From Basidiobolus meristosporus CBS 931.73 (lineage: Eukaryota; Fungi; Basidiobolomycota), in assembly GCA_002104905.1 (NCBI GenBank), contig MCFE01000211.1, positions 63,748-127,747 on the forward strand: 64,000 nucleotides of DNA, in the 5' to 3' direction. The translations under genes and the position numbers were made by a program. Under the pieces are notes generated by a model, which saw nothing but the letters and a program-made list of their open reading frames with translations, was not told where the DNA came from and did no database searches. Below, in pieces: positions 50,701-62,811 of this stretch. Each line of letters starts with the position of its first letter. Position 1 is the first letter of the stretch.

Positions 50701-51659
50701 TATTGCCAAAACTTAAATGAGAAAGCCACTGAGAAACTGCATATATGATGCCACCAGAGGGCTTAATAATCCAATAGTCCCCTGTAAGGTGTGCAGATAT
50801 CAGAAATTGCTGTATGGGTTTAAGCAGGCACCTATAGCATGGTATGAAAAAATTGACACATATCTAGAGGAAATTTGGTCCTGTTGTAACACTGCAGAGA
50901 ACAGAATATATATGAAATAGCTTAAAAAGGGAATAATTATCATGATACTTTATGGGGACATCCAAATAATAGCTGTTATTGACCAGGGGGCACTTAAACA
51001 AACAAATTAGACCTCATCAGCAAGTTTGAGATTGAAGATCTCAGAAATCTGAGCTATTTTCTTGGAAATGAAGTCAGGGTTGACATACCTCTGAAGAATA
51101 TTATGCTGATTCAGTCTAGGTATATCAGGGACATTGTCAGATGCTTCAAAATGCAAAATTGCATGCCTGCAGCAACCCCCATGGACAATAACCTGAAGTT
51201 AAGCAAGTCTCAGACAGTTTGCATAGAAACAGCTCAAAAATATACCAGCACTTTCCCTATCAGTCAATAGTTGGTAGAATGATGCTCTAGATGGTGTCTA
51301 CAGGTCCAGATGCTTGATAGAAGCTCTACTGCTGAGTATGTATTTCTTTATGCTGATACAGCTATTACTTGGAACAGCAAGAAACAACCAAATGTGGTCC
51401 TCCCTACAACTGAGGCTGAACATATGGCTGCTTGTCAAGCAACTGAGGAGGCTGTATGGTGACAAGACTTATTCAAAGACTTGGGTTTCAGCTCAGAAGT
51501 ACCAACAAGTTTTTACACACCACAGTTTGAGAATCTCAGAGAATTTTGGATTAAGAAATTATTTTGTTGAGGGGAAGTGCTGAAATATTGGACCTTTGGT
51601 ATCATTTGGCAGCTAGAAACTTACTCAATATTTTTGGACAAGTCTTGGTCATTGTAGAA

Positions 51660-52180
51660 CTAATCTTCATCCCAACTTGAATAAGTACATATCCAGCTCA
51701 TCCAGTCCTTGTATTTGTAGTGTTGCAGGTTCCTATGGATATTGATTGGATCTTTCAAGAAGTACTCTGGGTAGTGAATACACTGTAATATCTTGTCAAT
51801 TCTTTCAAATTTCTCCAGTATTCTGAAGGGCTCATGTAAGCTGAAATGCCTCATATATAAGCAGATCATTCAGTATAGGGACATTGTTGAGAAGCAAAGG
51901 CATTGCTCCCAGCAAAAAGCTTTTGCTCCAAAATGTTGCTCAATCTTAGTATTGTTGGCTTCCAATGAATTCCATATTCTGGCCATTGGCTTATAGTTTA
52001 CTAATTTGCTGCAATTGCACTGGTGACTTCTGTACATTCTCTCTGTGGGAATATCATGCTCTTGGTGTTAATTTTTGGATAACAAAATGTGTGTTAGTTT
52101 TGGAGTTAAGTCCCTGGATCTCACACATGGGACATCAATATCATCCATTGTACACAGATCTGCTTCTTGAATACATAAGT
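51660..52180 (-). pseudogene. CACTA transposase fragment
   Basis: Homolog of 15153-15640 (LHEPFRILEKFERIDKILQCI). Confidence 0.7.
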
Positions 52181-52651
52181 TAGATCAGTTTGTAGTCAAG
52201 TCAATTAGGCTTATTTTTAGCCTCTCAGAATATCAGTATTATGTATCAAATCATTAGTATTAGTCAGCATATGAATCAGCAGATCCTTATGAGACAGCAA
52301 TAGATATACCAAATAAGGTCAAATTTGGTGATGATGACACAATCAAATGAATGATCAGCCACTACTCACATTTGAATATATAATTAGTCAGCAATTGATC
52401 TGGCAAATGTATATAAGGAGCTGCTGGAACCTCATTAAAGATCAGGTGAAGCTTTAGTGTATACAAAACTAGCTAAATCCCTATTCCTCCACAACTCACA
52501 TATTAAGACTAGTAACACAATAATTCCAATACTATATGCATGCTTTGTGGCTGAAAGGCATATTTTAATATCTACATGGTCTTTTTTCACTTCTCTTACA
52601 ATGTTGAAGCAAGGTGGACTTCTCCATGGGGCAAGTAGTTTGACAATAAGT

Positions 52652-55600
52652 TGTTGTAAGAGTCTTGGAGATATTGGAAGTGATATGGAGAACAAGTAGA
52701 TTATGTGGTTTTCACTTAGTGATTTATTGAATGTGAAAGTAGTATTTATACTTTTACATGGTCTTGGAATAACAAGCACATAACATAGATCAAGGAAGGT
52801 TCCAAGAACATGTGTGCAAAGCTTGCGGCTGTTTGGACAACTTTGAGAATTCTCATGTACTGGGTACCTGGTATTTCATTGAAAATATTCTAAGTAAATC
52901 CCAACAAGGAGTTTGGCTAGTATTCTCTAGGATTTGAAGGTAATGATCTAAGTGACTAAGTTAGGTGAATATCTAGGTGGAATTACAAATTTTTACAACA
53001 CTCCCACTCAGCCAAATGCTCATACTGACTAGTGCTAATTTTGACCTAAGATATTCAAACTTGTCTCTAGCTAATGGTTTGGTAAATATGGCTGCAACCA
53101 TTGCATCTGCGGAACAGTAAGCTCAGCTAACTAAGCTATTCACTATTGCTTTACATATGAAGTGATGTCTAATATCTATGTGCTTAGTTCTAGCATCAAA
53201 AGTTGAATTTCTACCTAATTGGATACATCCTTAATTATTTTGAAATATAGTAATAGGTGTTTTTTGCCATAGGCTTAGATCTGTAAAAAGCTTTCTTAGC
53301 CACATTCCTTCTTTTGTAGCTTCACAGGCTGCCAAATACTCTGCCTCTGTGGTAGAAAGTGCTGCAGTTGGTTGCTTTCTTGAATTCCATGACATTGCTC
53401 CTTTACAGTAAAGAAAGGTGAATTCTGTGGTGGATCTTCTGTCTTCCAGATTTCTTCCCCAATCAGCATCAGAGTATACCACAAGATTCTGTTCTGAATC
53501 CTTATAAGTGTATATTAAGCAGATATCTGCAGTTCCTTTTAGGTATCTAAAAATCAGCTTAACTGCTGCAATATAATCAGATCCATGGTTCTGATTATGT
53601 TGGCTGACAACTCCCATTGAATATGAGATATCTGGAAATGTTCCAAGAATGATGTACATCAGACTGCCAAGCATAGATTGATGAGGAAAGTCAGGGCTTT
53701 GAGATGGCACTAAGCTCTCTTGATTTGGTTAAGTTTTGACCAAGTTAAGGTTTGTCTCTATTGGGGTAGCTGCTGGTTTACAGTCTTCCATTTGCTACTT
53801 CTTTGGTATATCTTGACTATACTTGGATTGGCTTAGGCAGATAGTCTGGGTGCTTCTGTCTCTCAAGAACTTAGCCCCTAAGTAATAACTGAGTTATCCT
53901 AGGTTGGATATTGTGAGCTGCTTAGATAGGCTGGATTTAGTCTCTTCCAATGTTTCTAGGTTATTGGTGGCTATAATAAGATCATCCACATATAGGGCTA
54001 ATAGAGCTGGATTTGCTCCATTTGACTTATAGTATATACTATAGTCAGCATTAATACTTTTGAAACTCAAAGATTCCAAATACAAATCTATCTTGCAATT
54101 TCAGGCTCTTGGTTATTGTCTGAGACCATATAGAGACTTTTTAAGCTTGCAGACCAAATAGGGGATATCTTGGTGAGCAAACCCATCAGGCTGACTCATA
54201 TACATGTCCTCATCAAGTTCTCCATTAAAAAATGCAGCTTTTACATCCATTTGATGAATAAAAAACTTAAATTTGGCTGCAATAGTCAATATTGATCTGA
54301 TGGAACTAAACTTGGCTACCAGTGCAAAGGTCTGAGTATAGTCAAGTCCTTTTGTTTGAGAATAACCCTTGGCCACAAGTATTGCCTTGAATCAATCAAT
54401 TGTATTATCAGCATTGCATTTTATCTTGAAGACCCATCTGCATCCAATTGATTTTTAGTTGGTTGGTAATTTGACTAAGTCCCAAGTTTGATTTTCCATC
54501 TGGGCCTGATGTTCCTCAGTCATTGCAGATCTCCAAAACTTTGTCTGAGGGCTATTTTTGGCCTCTTTTACAGTCTTGGGTTTATCAATATGGACTGAAT
54601 AAGCATAGGCTAAGTTTGCACCCTCATTGATATAGTGATTTGGGCTATTTATTGTACAATTGGATCTCCGGGCATTTGATACTGAAATGATCACTTATGG
54701 GATATTCCTGGGCACTGATTCAGGTTAAACCATGGTTGAATAGTCCTCTGGAGTGAAAATATCTTCATTGTTTTGCTCTGATTCAATCCTGACAGTTTGT
54801 GGACTTAAGATCAAATTTTTGTCATCATCTGATGTCTTTTTTTGAAGAATTCTGAGTTTTCATCAAACAACACATCCCTGGACTTGATTAGCTTCTTTGC
54901 TTTGGTATTATAGAGTCTGTATGCTTTACTCTCAATGCAGTAGCCCAAAAATATGCATTTTACACTTTTTGGCTCAAATTTTGTCCAATTTCCAGGCAAT
55001 TTCTTGGCATATGCTGTACACCCAAATATTCTTAGATGTTCTGCACTTGGTCTGTATCCATACCATGCTTAAAATGGAGTAGGATCACTAAGTATTCTGT
55101 CATAACTCCTATTTTTAAGGTATACAGCAGTGGCAACTGATTACACCCAAAAATCATAGGATAATTTTTGATCATAAATCATATATCTTGCCATATCAGT
55201 TATTGATCTGTTAGCACATTCTGCTACTTCCTTTTGGTGTGGGGAGTATGGTACAGCAGTGTCTTGCTTCATCCCATAAATCTTGCAGAAGTGGATGAAG
55301 CGTTTTGAGGTTTATTCTACACCATTGTCAGGGTTTATTTTCTTTATTTTTTCACCAGTTTCTCTCTGCACCATGGCTTTGAGCTCCCTGAACTTAGACA
55401 GAGTTTCTTCCTTTCTCTCTATGAATTAGACACATGTGTATCTTGTATAACTATCAATAAAAGTGATTAAATACTTCATCCCTCCTAAAGATAAACTTTG
55501 CATTGGTCCACACAGATCTGGGTGAATTAGATCTAGTTTTTTCTTAGATTAGATTAGCCCAGAGCTCTTGAGCAGCTGTCTGGCTTGTTTCCCATATATG

Positions 55601-57333
55601 CAGGCTTCACAGTACTCCAAAATAGCTGGGGGATCAGTTTTTCCTCTGGAAATTAGCTAATCTTTGATCATTTTGCACAAATAATCAAAATCAATGTGCC
55701 CAAATCTCCTGTGCCAAAGCATGAGTGTTTCTTCATTGAAGTTACTTATATTGGCTTCCAGATATAATGGAGTATAAGTCAACTTGTATAGGTTCTGATT
55801 TCTGATACCCAAAGCAATATGTGCACCACTTTGATCAGTGATCTTGCATCCAGAATTGTTAAAGCTGAAACTGAGTCCTTCTGCTGTGGCCTTGCTTACA
55901 GAGAGTAGGTTCTTGGCTATTTCTGGCACATAAAGTACTTCCTTAAAGATCAGTATATGGCTTTCTTCACTGCTTCTTAGGTTTACTTGGATAGTTCCAT
56001 CTCCCACTGCATCAAGTGTTCTATTTTCACCCATGAAAACCTTCTTAATTGGAATTTCTTGATATTGGGTAAGAAGTTCTTTTTGGTGTGTAAAGTGTTG
56101 AGATGCTCCAGAGTCAGTATAACACAACTAAGAGTCCTTGCTTGTGGTCATATTTAGTGCAGATATGAATAATCCATCTTCAGTTGTTGCAGCATTTCCA
56201 TATTCAGGCTTTTACTACTAACTATCTCTCTTTTTGAAGCACCAGTATGATGTGTTTCCATTCCTTTTGCAGTAGTTGCAAACAGGTTGCTATTGCCTTT
56301 AAAAGGTATTGGGTATCTTCTTTGGTGATTATCATTGCTTACTAAAGCATTTTCTGCTTCCTTCCAATTGGTGATTGATTTTCTTAATTCTTCATCCAAG
56401 AGCCTTCCATATATGTTATTTAAGGTCAAATCTTCAGTTCTGAACTCTAGGGCTGATACAAGGCCCTGAAATGTGTCTGTCAGGCTATTCAGGATGGTTA
56501 CTATCACATCCTCATCAGTAGTTGGTACACCTGCAGATTCCATTTCATCTACAAGCAGGGTAATTCTGTTTGTTAGATTTCTCATTTCTTCTCCTGGCAG
56601 CATCTTTACAGTAAAGAATTTTGTCTCAGATACATTTTCTTAGCAGCTAAACATGACTGATAGGCGTCTTCTAATGCCTTCCAGGCATTCTTTGCTGTTT
56701 TTGCTCATGAGCATTGAATTAGCAATTTGTCCTTAACATTAAGGCAAATGAAGTTAAAGACACTTTGTTCTTTCTTCTAATACTTTAAGGCTTCTTCTCC
56801 CATGTTTTTAGGAGGGCATTCATCTCACATGACAATATCCCAAAGGCCTCTTTCTTGTAACAGCATCTTCAACTTCACCTTCCACACTTGGTAGTTAGAT
56901 CCATCCAATTTCTCAGCAGAGGGAAAAATTCCAGTAATAGCAGTAGTAGACATTGCAGTGAGTAACAGCTTGGGGCTCATAACCGGTTGTAAGAGTCTTG
57001 GAGATATTGGAAGTGATTGGGAGGACAAGTAGATTATGTTGTTTTCACTTAATAATTTATTGAATGTAAAAGTAACATTTATACTTTTACATAGTCTTGG
57101 CATAACAGAGACATAGAATAGGTTAAGAAAGGTCCCAAGAGCATGTGTGCAATGTTTGGAGCTGTTTCAACAACTTTGAGATTTTTCATGTTCTGGGTAC
57201 CTCATATATTGGTGAAAATATTCTAAGTAAATCCCAACAAGGAATTTGGTTGGTATTCTCTAGGATTTGAAGGTAATGATCTAAGTGACTAAGTTAGGTG
57301 AATATCTAGGTGGAATTACAAATTTTTACAACA
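52652..57333 (-). mobile_element. Second copia family-1 element, two LTRs, more degenerate
   Basis: LTRs 52652-53000 and 56985-57333, PBS ending at 56984, PPT next to 53001, and the same domain order as 9128-13813 with a deletion in RT. The flanks (TAAGT / TATAC) do not form a clean TSD. Confidence 0.9.
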
Positions 57334-60300
57334 TATACAACATGACACTATTATATTGCTTTTTTGCCAAAACCCATGTGATATCAAAGAAAATCATGCA
57401 TTTGAGATATTGCAACTAAATGAATGTAAGATTCAATGATGACCTGCCACAGTAAGTATTATAAGTACAGCTGTGGCACCACCCACACATGTATATGTAA
57501 CACTATTTACTCATGGTTTGACTCACTTCCATATATATGCAGCCAAAAAAGGCAAGTCATCTGGTTCCCAACCAAAGTGTACTGCTGACAGCAGCAGTAA
57601 TACAGTTAGACAATAGCTTGCTTTGACATTTCATGCAACAAGCTGGGCTTCATCCAAAAAGCCCTTGTTGACAGTGTTTCTACTGAAGGAAATAATGTGG
57701 ACTCCTCAAGCTCTTAGTCAAGCAGGCAACTGAGATTATCTGCAGACCTGCAGGCTGACTATAATGCTCAAACAGTATGTAGCAAACACAATACCTCTGG
57801 TAGAAGAACATCAGGTAGCTGTCATAACATCATTGCCACCTATATTGGCAAGTATTTTGTCAGTCTATACTAAAGCATTAATGAGGCAAATGGGTGCAGT
57901 GGCTAATAGGATAGGTGCAATGGCCCAGAGAAATAAGGAAATAGTCTAGAGACAGAATGAGCAGATAATACATGTAGAGCTAACAATATCCCAGGTAAAG
58001 AACAAAGTATCTTTGCTGCAAAGCACAAGTGCAAGTAGCTCAATGTCACATCCAAGAATTGTGCCATTTCCCAAAGTAACACAGAGGAACACTGCAGAGT
58101 CTTTGATGCACCACAACAGTACCCAATAATAAAGTTTGCAGAAAAACCTATTGCAGAATGCATAGGAGAGACTGTGGTACTCATTCTAATGCCTCAAAGT
58201 CAAAAGACATGGAAGATCCATGATACCATTGAGTGCAATAATGCACAGTGGGCTAATATTCAAGAGGCTGTAAGAAGTCAGGCATACAATCACCCTAACA
58301 CCGGCATACCACAGGACCATCAGGAACCAAAAGCTAGGTGGAATGTGTTGATCTGTTCCATGAGCATTATTCTGGATCCAAACAAGCAAACAGATCTTGC
58401 ATCAGCATTGGTATGCTAGGAGAGTACCTCAAGAGTAGCAGTAACTATTAAAGGCAGAGGAGGATGGGTGCCATTGCTAAAAACCAGTAGTCTCCTCAAG
58501 AGCCTGCTACAAGCAGGGCAAAAGCTCTTAGCAAGTGTCACAGAAAAGTCTGGTAGCTGTAAAAGTGCCAATAAGGGGCAAGCAGGTAGATACAGATGCA
58601 CCTATGCAATATTTATCAAGGGATCAACATAGTCCCATTTCACAAGCACTCAGTTAAAACAGTACTGATGAGCCTGTCAGTGATAAAAAACAGCAGCTTC
58701 CTCTAGAGCCTGTTGCAACTGAGGCTGATAGCTCAAAACAAGTGGCAAAGAAGTGTCAGGTTGCCAGCAGAGTGCAATTATGGAAGAAGAAGAAGGCAGA
58801 AATAGATGCATCAGTGCAGCATTGATCAGAAAGAAAGCATTGTTCAATGAAAGAAGCACTCCAACAAAGTAGCGGTGTACAACCCAGTAGTGATAATGGA
58901 AGAGGGAAAGGGAAAAAGGTTTACTCAGGTCAGTGACAGGGAAGTGCAAGAAGAAAGCTGCAGTTCTTGCCAATTGTTGCCTTGAGCCCAGAACAGGCTG
59001 AATCCCATCATAGCCAAGAAGAATTACCAACAAAGCAAGAGCTGACTTCTCCAGAGTTGGAAGTGCTGCCAGTTGAACTTCACTCCAGTGAGGAGATATA
59101 AGCTTGCAGAGAAAGGCAATTTCTCTACCACTGTATCCACATCCTCCATTACAGTCACAGGGGAGATCCCAATGACAGACAAATCAACCATATCAAAGAC
59201 TTAATAGACTATGGCAATGCCTACCATGGAGTTTTGGAGCAATAACAGGCATAGCAAAAGGTTGCAGCACTTCTTCAAGAGCAGTGCTCAACAGAATGCA
59301 CTTGAATATTGCAAAGACCCGCAAATGAGGTGCTAGACCTTTCAGTGCTTGATGAAGACTAGGCTATATGAGAACCAGTGAATGAGCACTGGCCTAAAGC
59401 CACAGGGTACCTGCCAAAGTCATGGCAGAAGGGTGTTTTGGCAGAAATACCTACTAGACTTGTTCTGTGGATAGTGCCACATTGAGCCACAAGTGCCAAA
59501 CAATACCATAGTGTGCCAGGGAGGCCAAGTGTGCCTGTACTTGGTCACAGAGTGTAAAACATAGCTCTTCATCTTCATGCAAAGCAGCCTCTGTGCTTCA
59601 CACACTGTGCTGGAGAAATCCATATTTTGGCCATTTTTTTGGATCAATGTTGTATAGGATGTGTGAGAGCACAAAAGGACTGAAGACATGCATCTAGTAC
59701 TCAAAGCCCATGGAACTGTGAAACTAGCTCCTGTAGCTTGTATCATGTCACAAAAATGCATGTCACTATCTTGGTCCACTGGTACTATCTGGCACTATAA
59801 GTGCTTTGTATAAGCTCTACTTTAGGGCTAATATTTTGAAAAAATGTCAGATAGTACCAGTGGACCAAGATAGTGCCATGCATTTTTGTGACATGATACA
59901 AGCTACAGGAGCTAGTTTCACAGTTCCATGGGCTTTGAGTACTAGATGCATGTCTTCAGTCCTTTTGTGTTCTTACACATCCTGCACAACACTGATCCAA
60001 AAAAATGGTCAAAAATGAATTTTCTCTAGCATGGTGGGTGAAACGCAGGGGCTGCTTTGAATGAGAATGAAGAGCTATGTTTCACACTTTGTGGCCCAGC
60101 TTAGGTCTGCTATGCCTCTCTGGCACACAATGGCACTATTTGACACTCATGGCTCAATGTGGCACTATCCAACAGAACAAGTCTAGTGGGTGGTGGATTT
60201 GATGGAGTTACTTGTAAAGTGTGAGGTAGGGTTTAATCTTAGTGTTGAGTATAGGGGCTTGTATAGGCCAGTATAGTTGGAAGTTGAGTTACATTTGATG

Positions 60301-60600
60301 GCACATATTACCAACAATGACAAAGCAAGGGCTACTCCAAAGGTATGTATGACCATGGCTTTGCCTTGGCACTTGATGGATTCTAATCAGAGAAGTATTC
60401 TTCCAACAAATCCTGCTGGCTGCTGATATTTATTAGTCTGAGTCTGCTGCCTATCATACTTTATCAGAGCAGATATCTCATTGTTGTCTCACTGGTATCT
60501 GGGCCTAAAATGCCACCCAACTGGAATAGCTACCTCTAGCCATAGCTGGATGAGCTTCCAGTGCTTTCCAGTGGGATACTAATAAATGGCCATTGTATCC
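57334..60600 (+). mobile_element. CACTA companion-gene copy (split by MITE-A) followed by a transposase fragment
   Basis: Homolog of 20400-22560. 60340-60600 reads YDHGFALALDGF..KYSSNKSCWLLIFI...VSLVSGPKMP. Confidence 0.7.
59456..60184. mobile_element. Foldback MITE-A of the PHIS family (729 bp; ~336-bp inverted arms, 56-bp spacer)
   Basis: Ends AGACTTGTTCT...AGAACAAGTCT; flanks ACT/AGT (ANT-type). Arms 59456-59791 and 59848-60184. The flanks rejoin into CACTA companion sequence. Confidence 0.9.
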
Positions 60601-62811
60601 ATTGTAAAGACTTGTAATGCCACCTGAGTTTTTACCTAAATCATTCACTTAGATTATAGACTTGTTCTGTTGGATAGTGCCACATTGAGCCATGAGTGCC
60701 AAATGATGCCATAGTGTGCCAGGAAGGCCAAGTGAGCCTATACTTGGCCACAGAGTGTGAAACATACCTCTGCATCTTCATGCAAAGCAGCCCCTGTGGC
60801 TCACCCATTGTGCTGCAGAAAATTCCTTTTTTGACCTTTTTTTTTAGATCAATATTGTGCAGGATGTGTAAGAGCACAAACAGATTGAAGATATGCATCT
60901 GGTACTCAATACCCATGGCACTCTAAATCTAGCTTCTGAGGCTTGTAACATGTCACAAAAATGCACAGCACTATCTTGGTCCACTGGTACTCTCTGGCAC
61001 TAAAAGTGCTTTATATAGGTTTACTCTAGTGCTAAAATCTGTATATAGTGCCAAATAGTACAAGTGGACCAAGATAGTGCCATACATTTTTGTGACATAA
61101 TACAAGCTACAGAAGATAAATCCAGAGTGCCATGGGTATTGAGTACCAGATGCATGTCTTCATTCCTTTTGTTCTCTTACAGATCCTACACAACATAGAT
61201 CCAAAAACAAAGGTCAAAAAAAGAATTTTCTCCAGAACAATGGGTGAAGCACAGGACTGCTCTGCATGAAGATACAGAGCTATGTTTCACACTCTGTGGC
61301 CAAGTACAGGCTCACTTGGCCTCCCTGGCACACTATGGGATCATTTGGTACTCATTGCTCAATGTGGCACTATCCAACAGAACAAGTCTATTTACTTGAA
61401 ATACTTTCACCAGAGTATCAGGTACCCAATACAGACAATTATCAAAGCTGCTCAAACAGTCCCATAGTTTGCACAAATTTTCTTGGGACCTTGTTAAGCA
61501 TATTCTACTTGTTTGTTATATTAAGACCATGTAAAAGTCTAAATGCTACTTTTACATTCAATAATTAATCGAGTGAAAACAGCATCATCTACTTGTTCAT
61601 CAAATCACTTCCAGTAGCTCTAAGACTCTTTTGACATGTTCTGAGCTCTAATCTATCACTCTCTGCAATGTCTACTAATGCTATTACTGGAGTTTTTCCC
61701 TCTGCTGAAAAGCATGATAGATCTTACTACCAAGTGTGGAAGATGAAGATGTTGATGCTGTTACAAGAAAGGGGCCATTGGGATACTGTTATGGGAGAAG
61801 AATGCCCTTCTAAAAAATTGGAAGAAGAAGCCTCAAAGTGCCATAAGAAAGAACAAAGTACCTTCAACTGCACTTATATCAAACACAAGTTGCAACTTCA
61901 ATTCTGAAGAGCAAAAATGGCAAAGAATGCCTGGAAGGCATCAGAACACTCATAACAAACATGTTCATCTGCTGAAAAAATGTACCCTAGCAAAAACTTA
62001 TTCACTACAAAAATGCTGTTGGGAAACAAACTGAAAGATTTAATTAACAGATCTACCATCTACCAACTACTAATGAGGATTGGATAGCCACCATCTTGAG
62101 TAGCCTGACATACAAGTTTCAGAGCCTTTGTATTAGTCAAGAGTCCAGAACTGAAGATTGGACCTTAAACTATGCACATGGATGGCTCCTCAGTGAAGAA
62201 CTAAGAAAAACAAGGGCTAATAAGTTGGAAGAAGCAAATGCTTTGATAAATAAATGTAACTGGCAAAGGGAGGTACTCAAGACTCATTAAAGGCAAAAGC
62301 ACCTGTTTTGCAATCATTTTAAAAGGAAAGGACAAAGATCAGACCAGTGCCTCAAAGTGAGGGATAATAAGAACCAAAAGCTTGAATATGGAAATGCCGC
62401 AGAAACTGATGATAGATTATTCAAATCTGCACCAACTATGACCAAAATCCAGGATTCTCTCACATGATATATTGATTCTGTTGCATTGTGACACTTTACA
62501 TGTCATGAAGAACTTTTTACCCAATGTAAAGCAATTTCAATTAGAGGTTTTGATGGGCAACAATAGAACACCTGATGCAGTTGAAGAAGAAACTGTCCAA
62601 TTAAACCTTAGAAGCTGTGAATGAAGCCCCACATTTACCTTCAATGAGGTACTCTATGTGCCCAAAACAGCCAAGAACCTACTATCTGTAAGCAAGGCCA
62701 CAGCAGAAGGACTCACTTTCAGCTTTGACAACTCTGGATGCAGGATCACTAATCAAAGTGGTGCACATATTGCTTTGGGTATCAGAAATCAAAATCTACA
62801 CAAGTTGAATT
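60600..62811 (+). mobile_element. Decayed copia family-1 5' portion (LTR split by MITE-B, gag, protease), cut by the PHIS copy at 62812
   Basis: LTR homology at ~60600-60657 and 61390-61636, degenerate PBS, gag ATG 61668 (MSTNAITGVFPSAEK). Confidence 0.8.
60658..61389. mobile_element. Foldback MITE-B of the PHIS family (732 bp)
   Basis: Same termini and palindromic layout as MITE-A. It sits where ~43 bp of the copia LTR is missing, so the flanks (TAT/ATT) do not match. Confidence 0.88.

Larger units (their letters stand above)
42450..50730 (+). mobile_element. Fragmented Ty3/gypsy chromovirus (gag-protease 42450-43726; RT-RNaseH-integrase-chromodomain 47803-50352; 3' LTR from 50353)
   Basis: Retrotrans_gag (LKQGNRPASAYASEF), CLYCGQPGHFAKSC, protease LIDYGAS, RT KYPLP...KIDLRGAY...[13 protein letters not shown]...LDDILIYS, integrase HCCH and MDFIT/SDRGPQF, chromodomain (EFEAQQVLDS...LVDWVGYSPND). 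PPT AAAAGAGGAGAATAG is followed by TGTCATG. No 5' LTR seen. Confidence 0.88.
35825..51660 (+). mobile_element. Older copia family-2 element broken into three pieces (35825-36558, 41159-42237, ~50732-51660)
   Basis: Protease/pre-integrase (IDSGAS), integrase FIDDRTGYIWAYFLVT/KNG split by the 36559-41158 element, RT split at 42237/50732, PPT GAGGGGAAG, and a partial 3' LTR starting TGCTGAAATATT at 51578. Confidence 0.75.

Noticed and set aside
52647-57338. Possible TSD for the second family-1 copia
   Set aside because: TAAGT vs TATAC match at only 2 of 5 positions, so no TSD is claimed.
59420-60018. Near-identical peptides on opposite strands (MDQDS.MHFCDMIQATGASFTVPWALSTR...)
   Set aside because: An artefact of the MITE palindrome; no evidence of coding.
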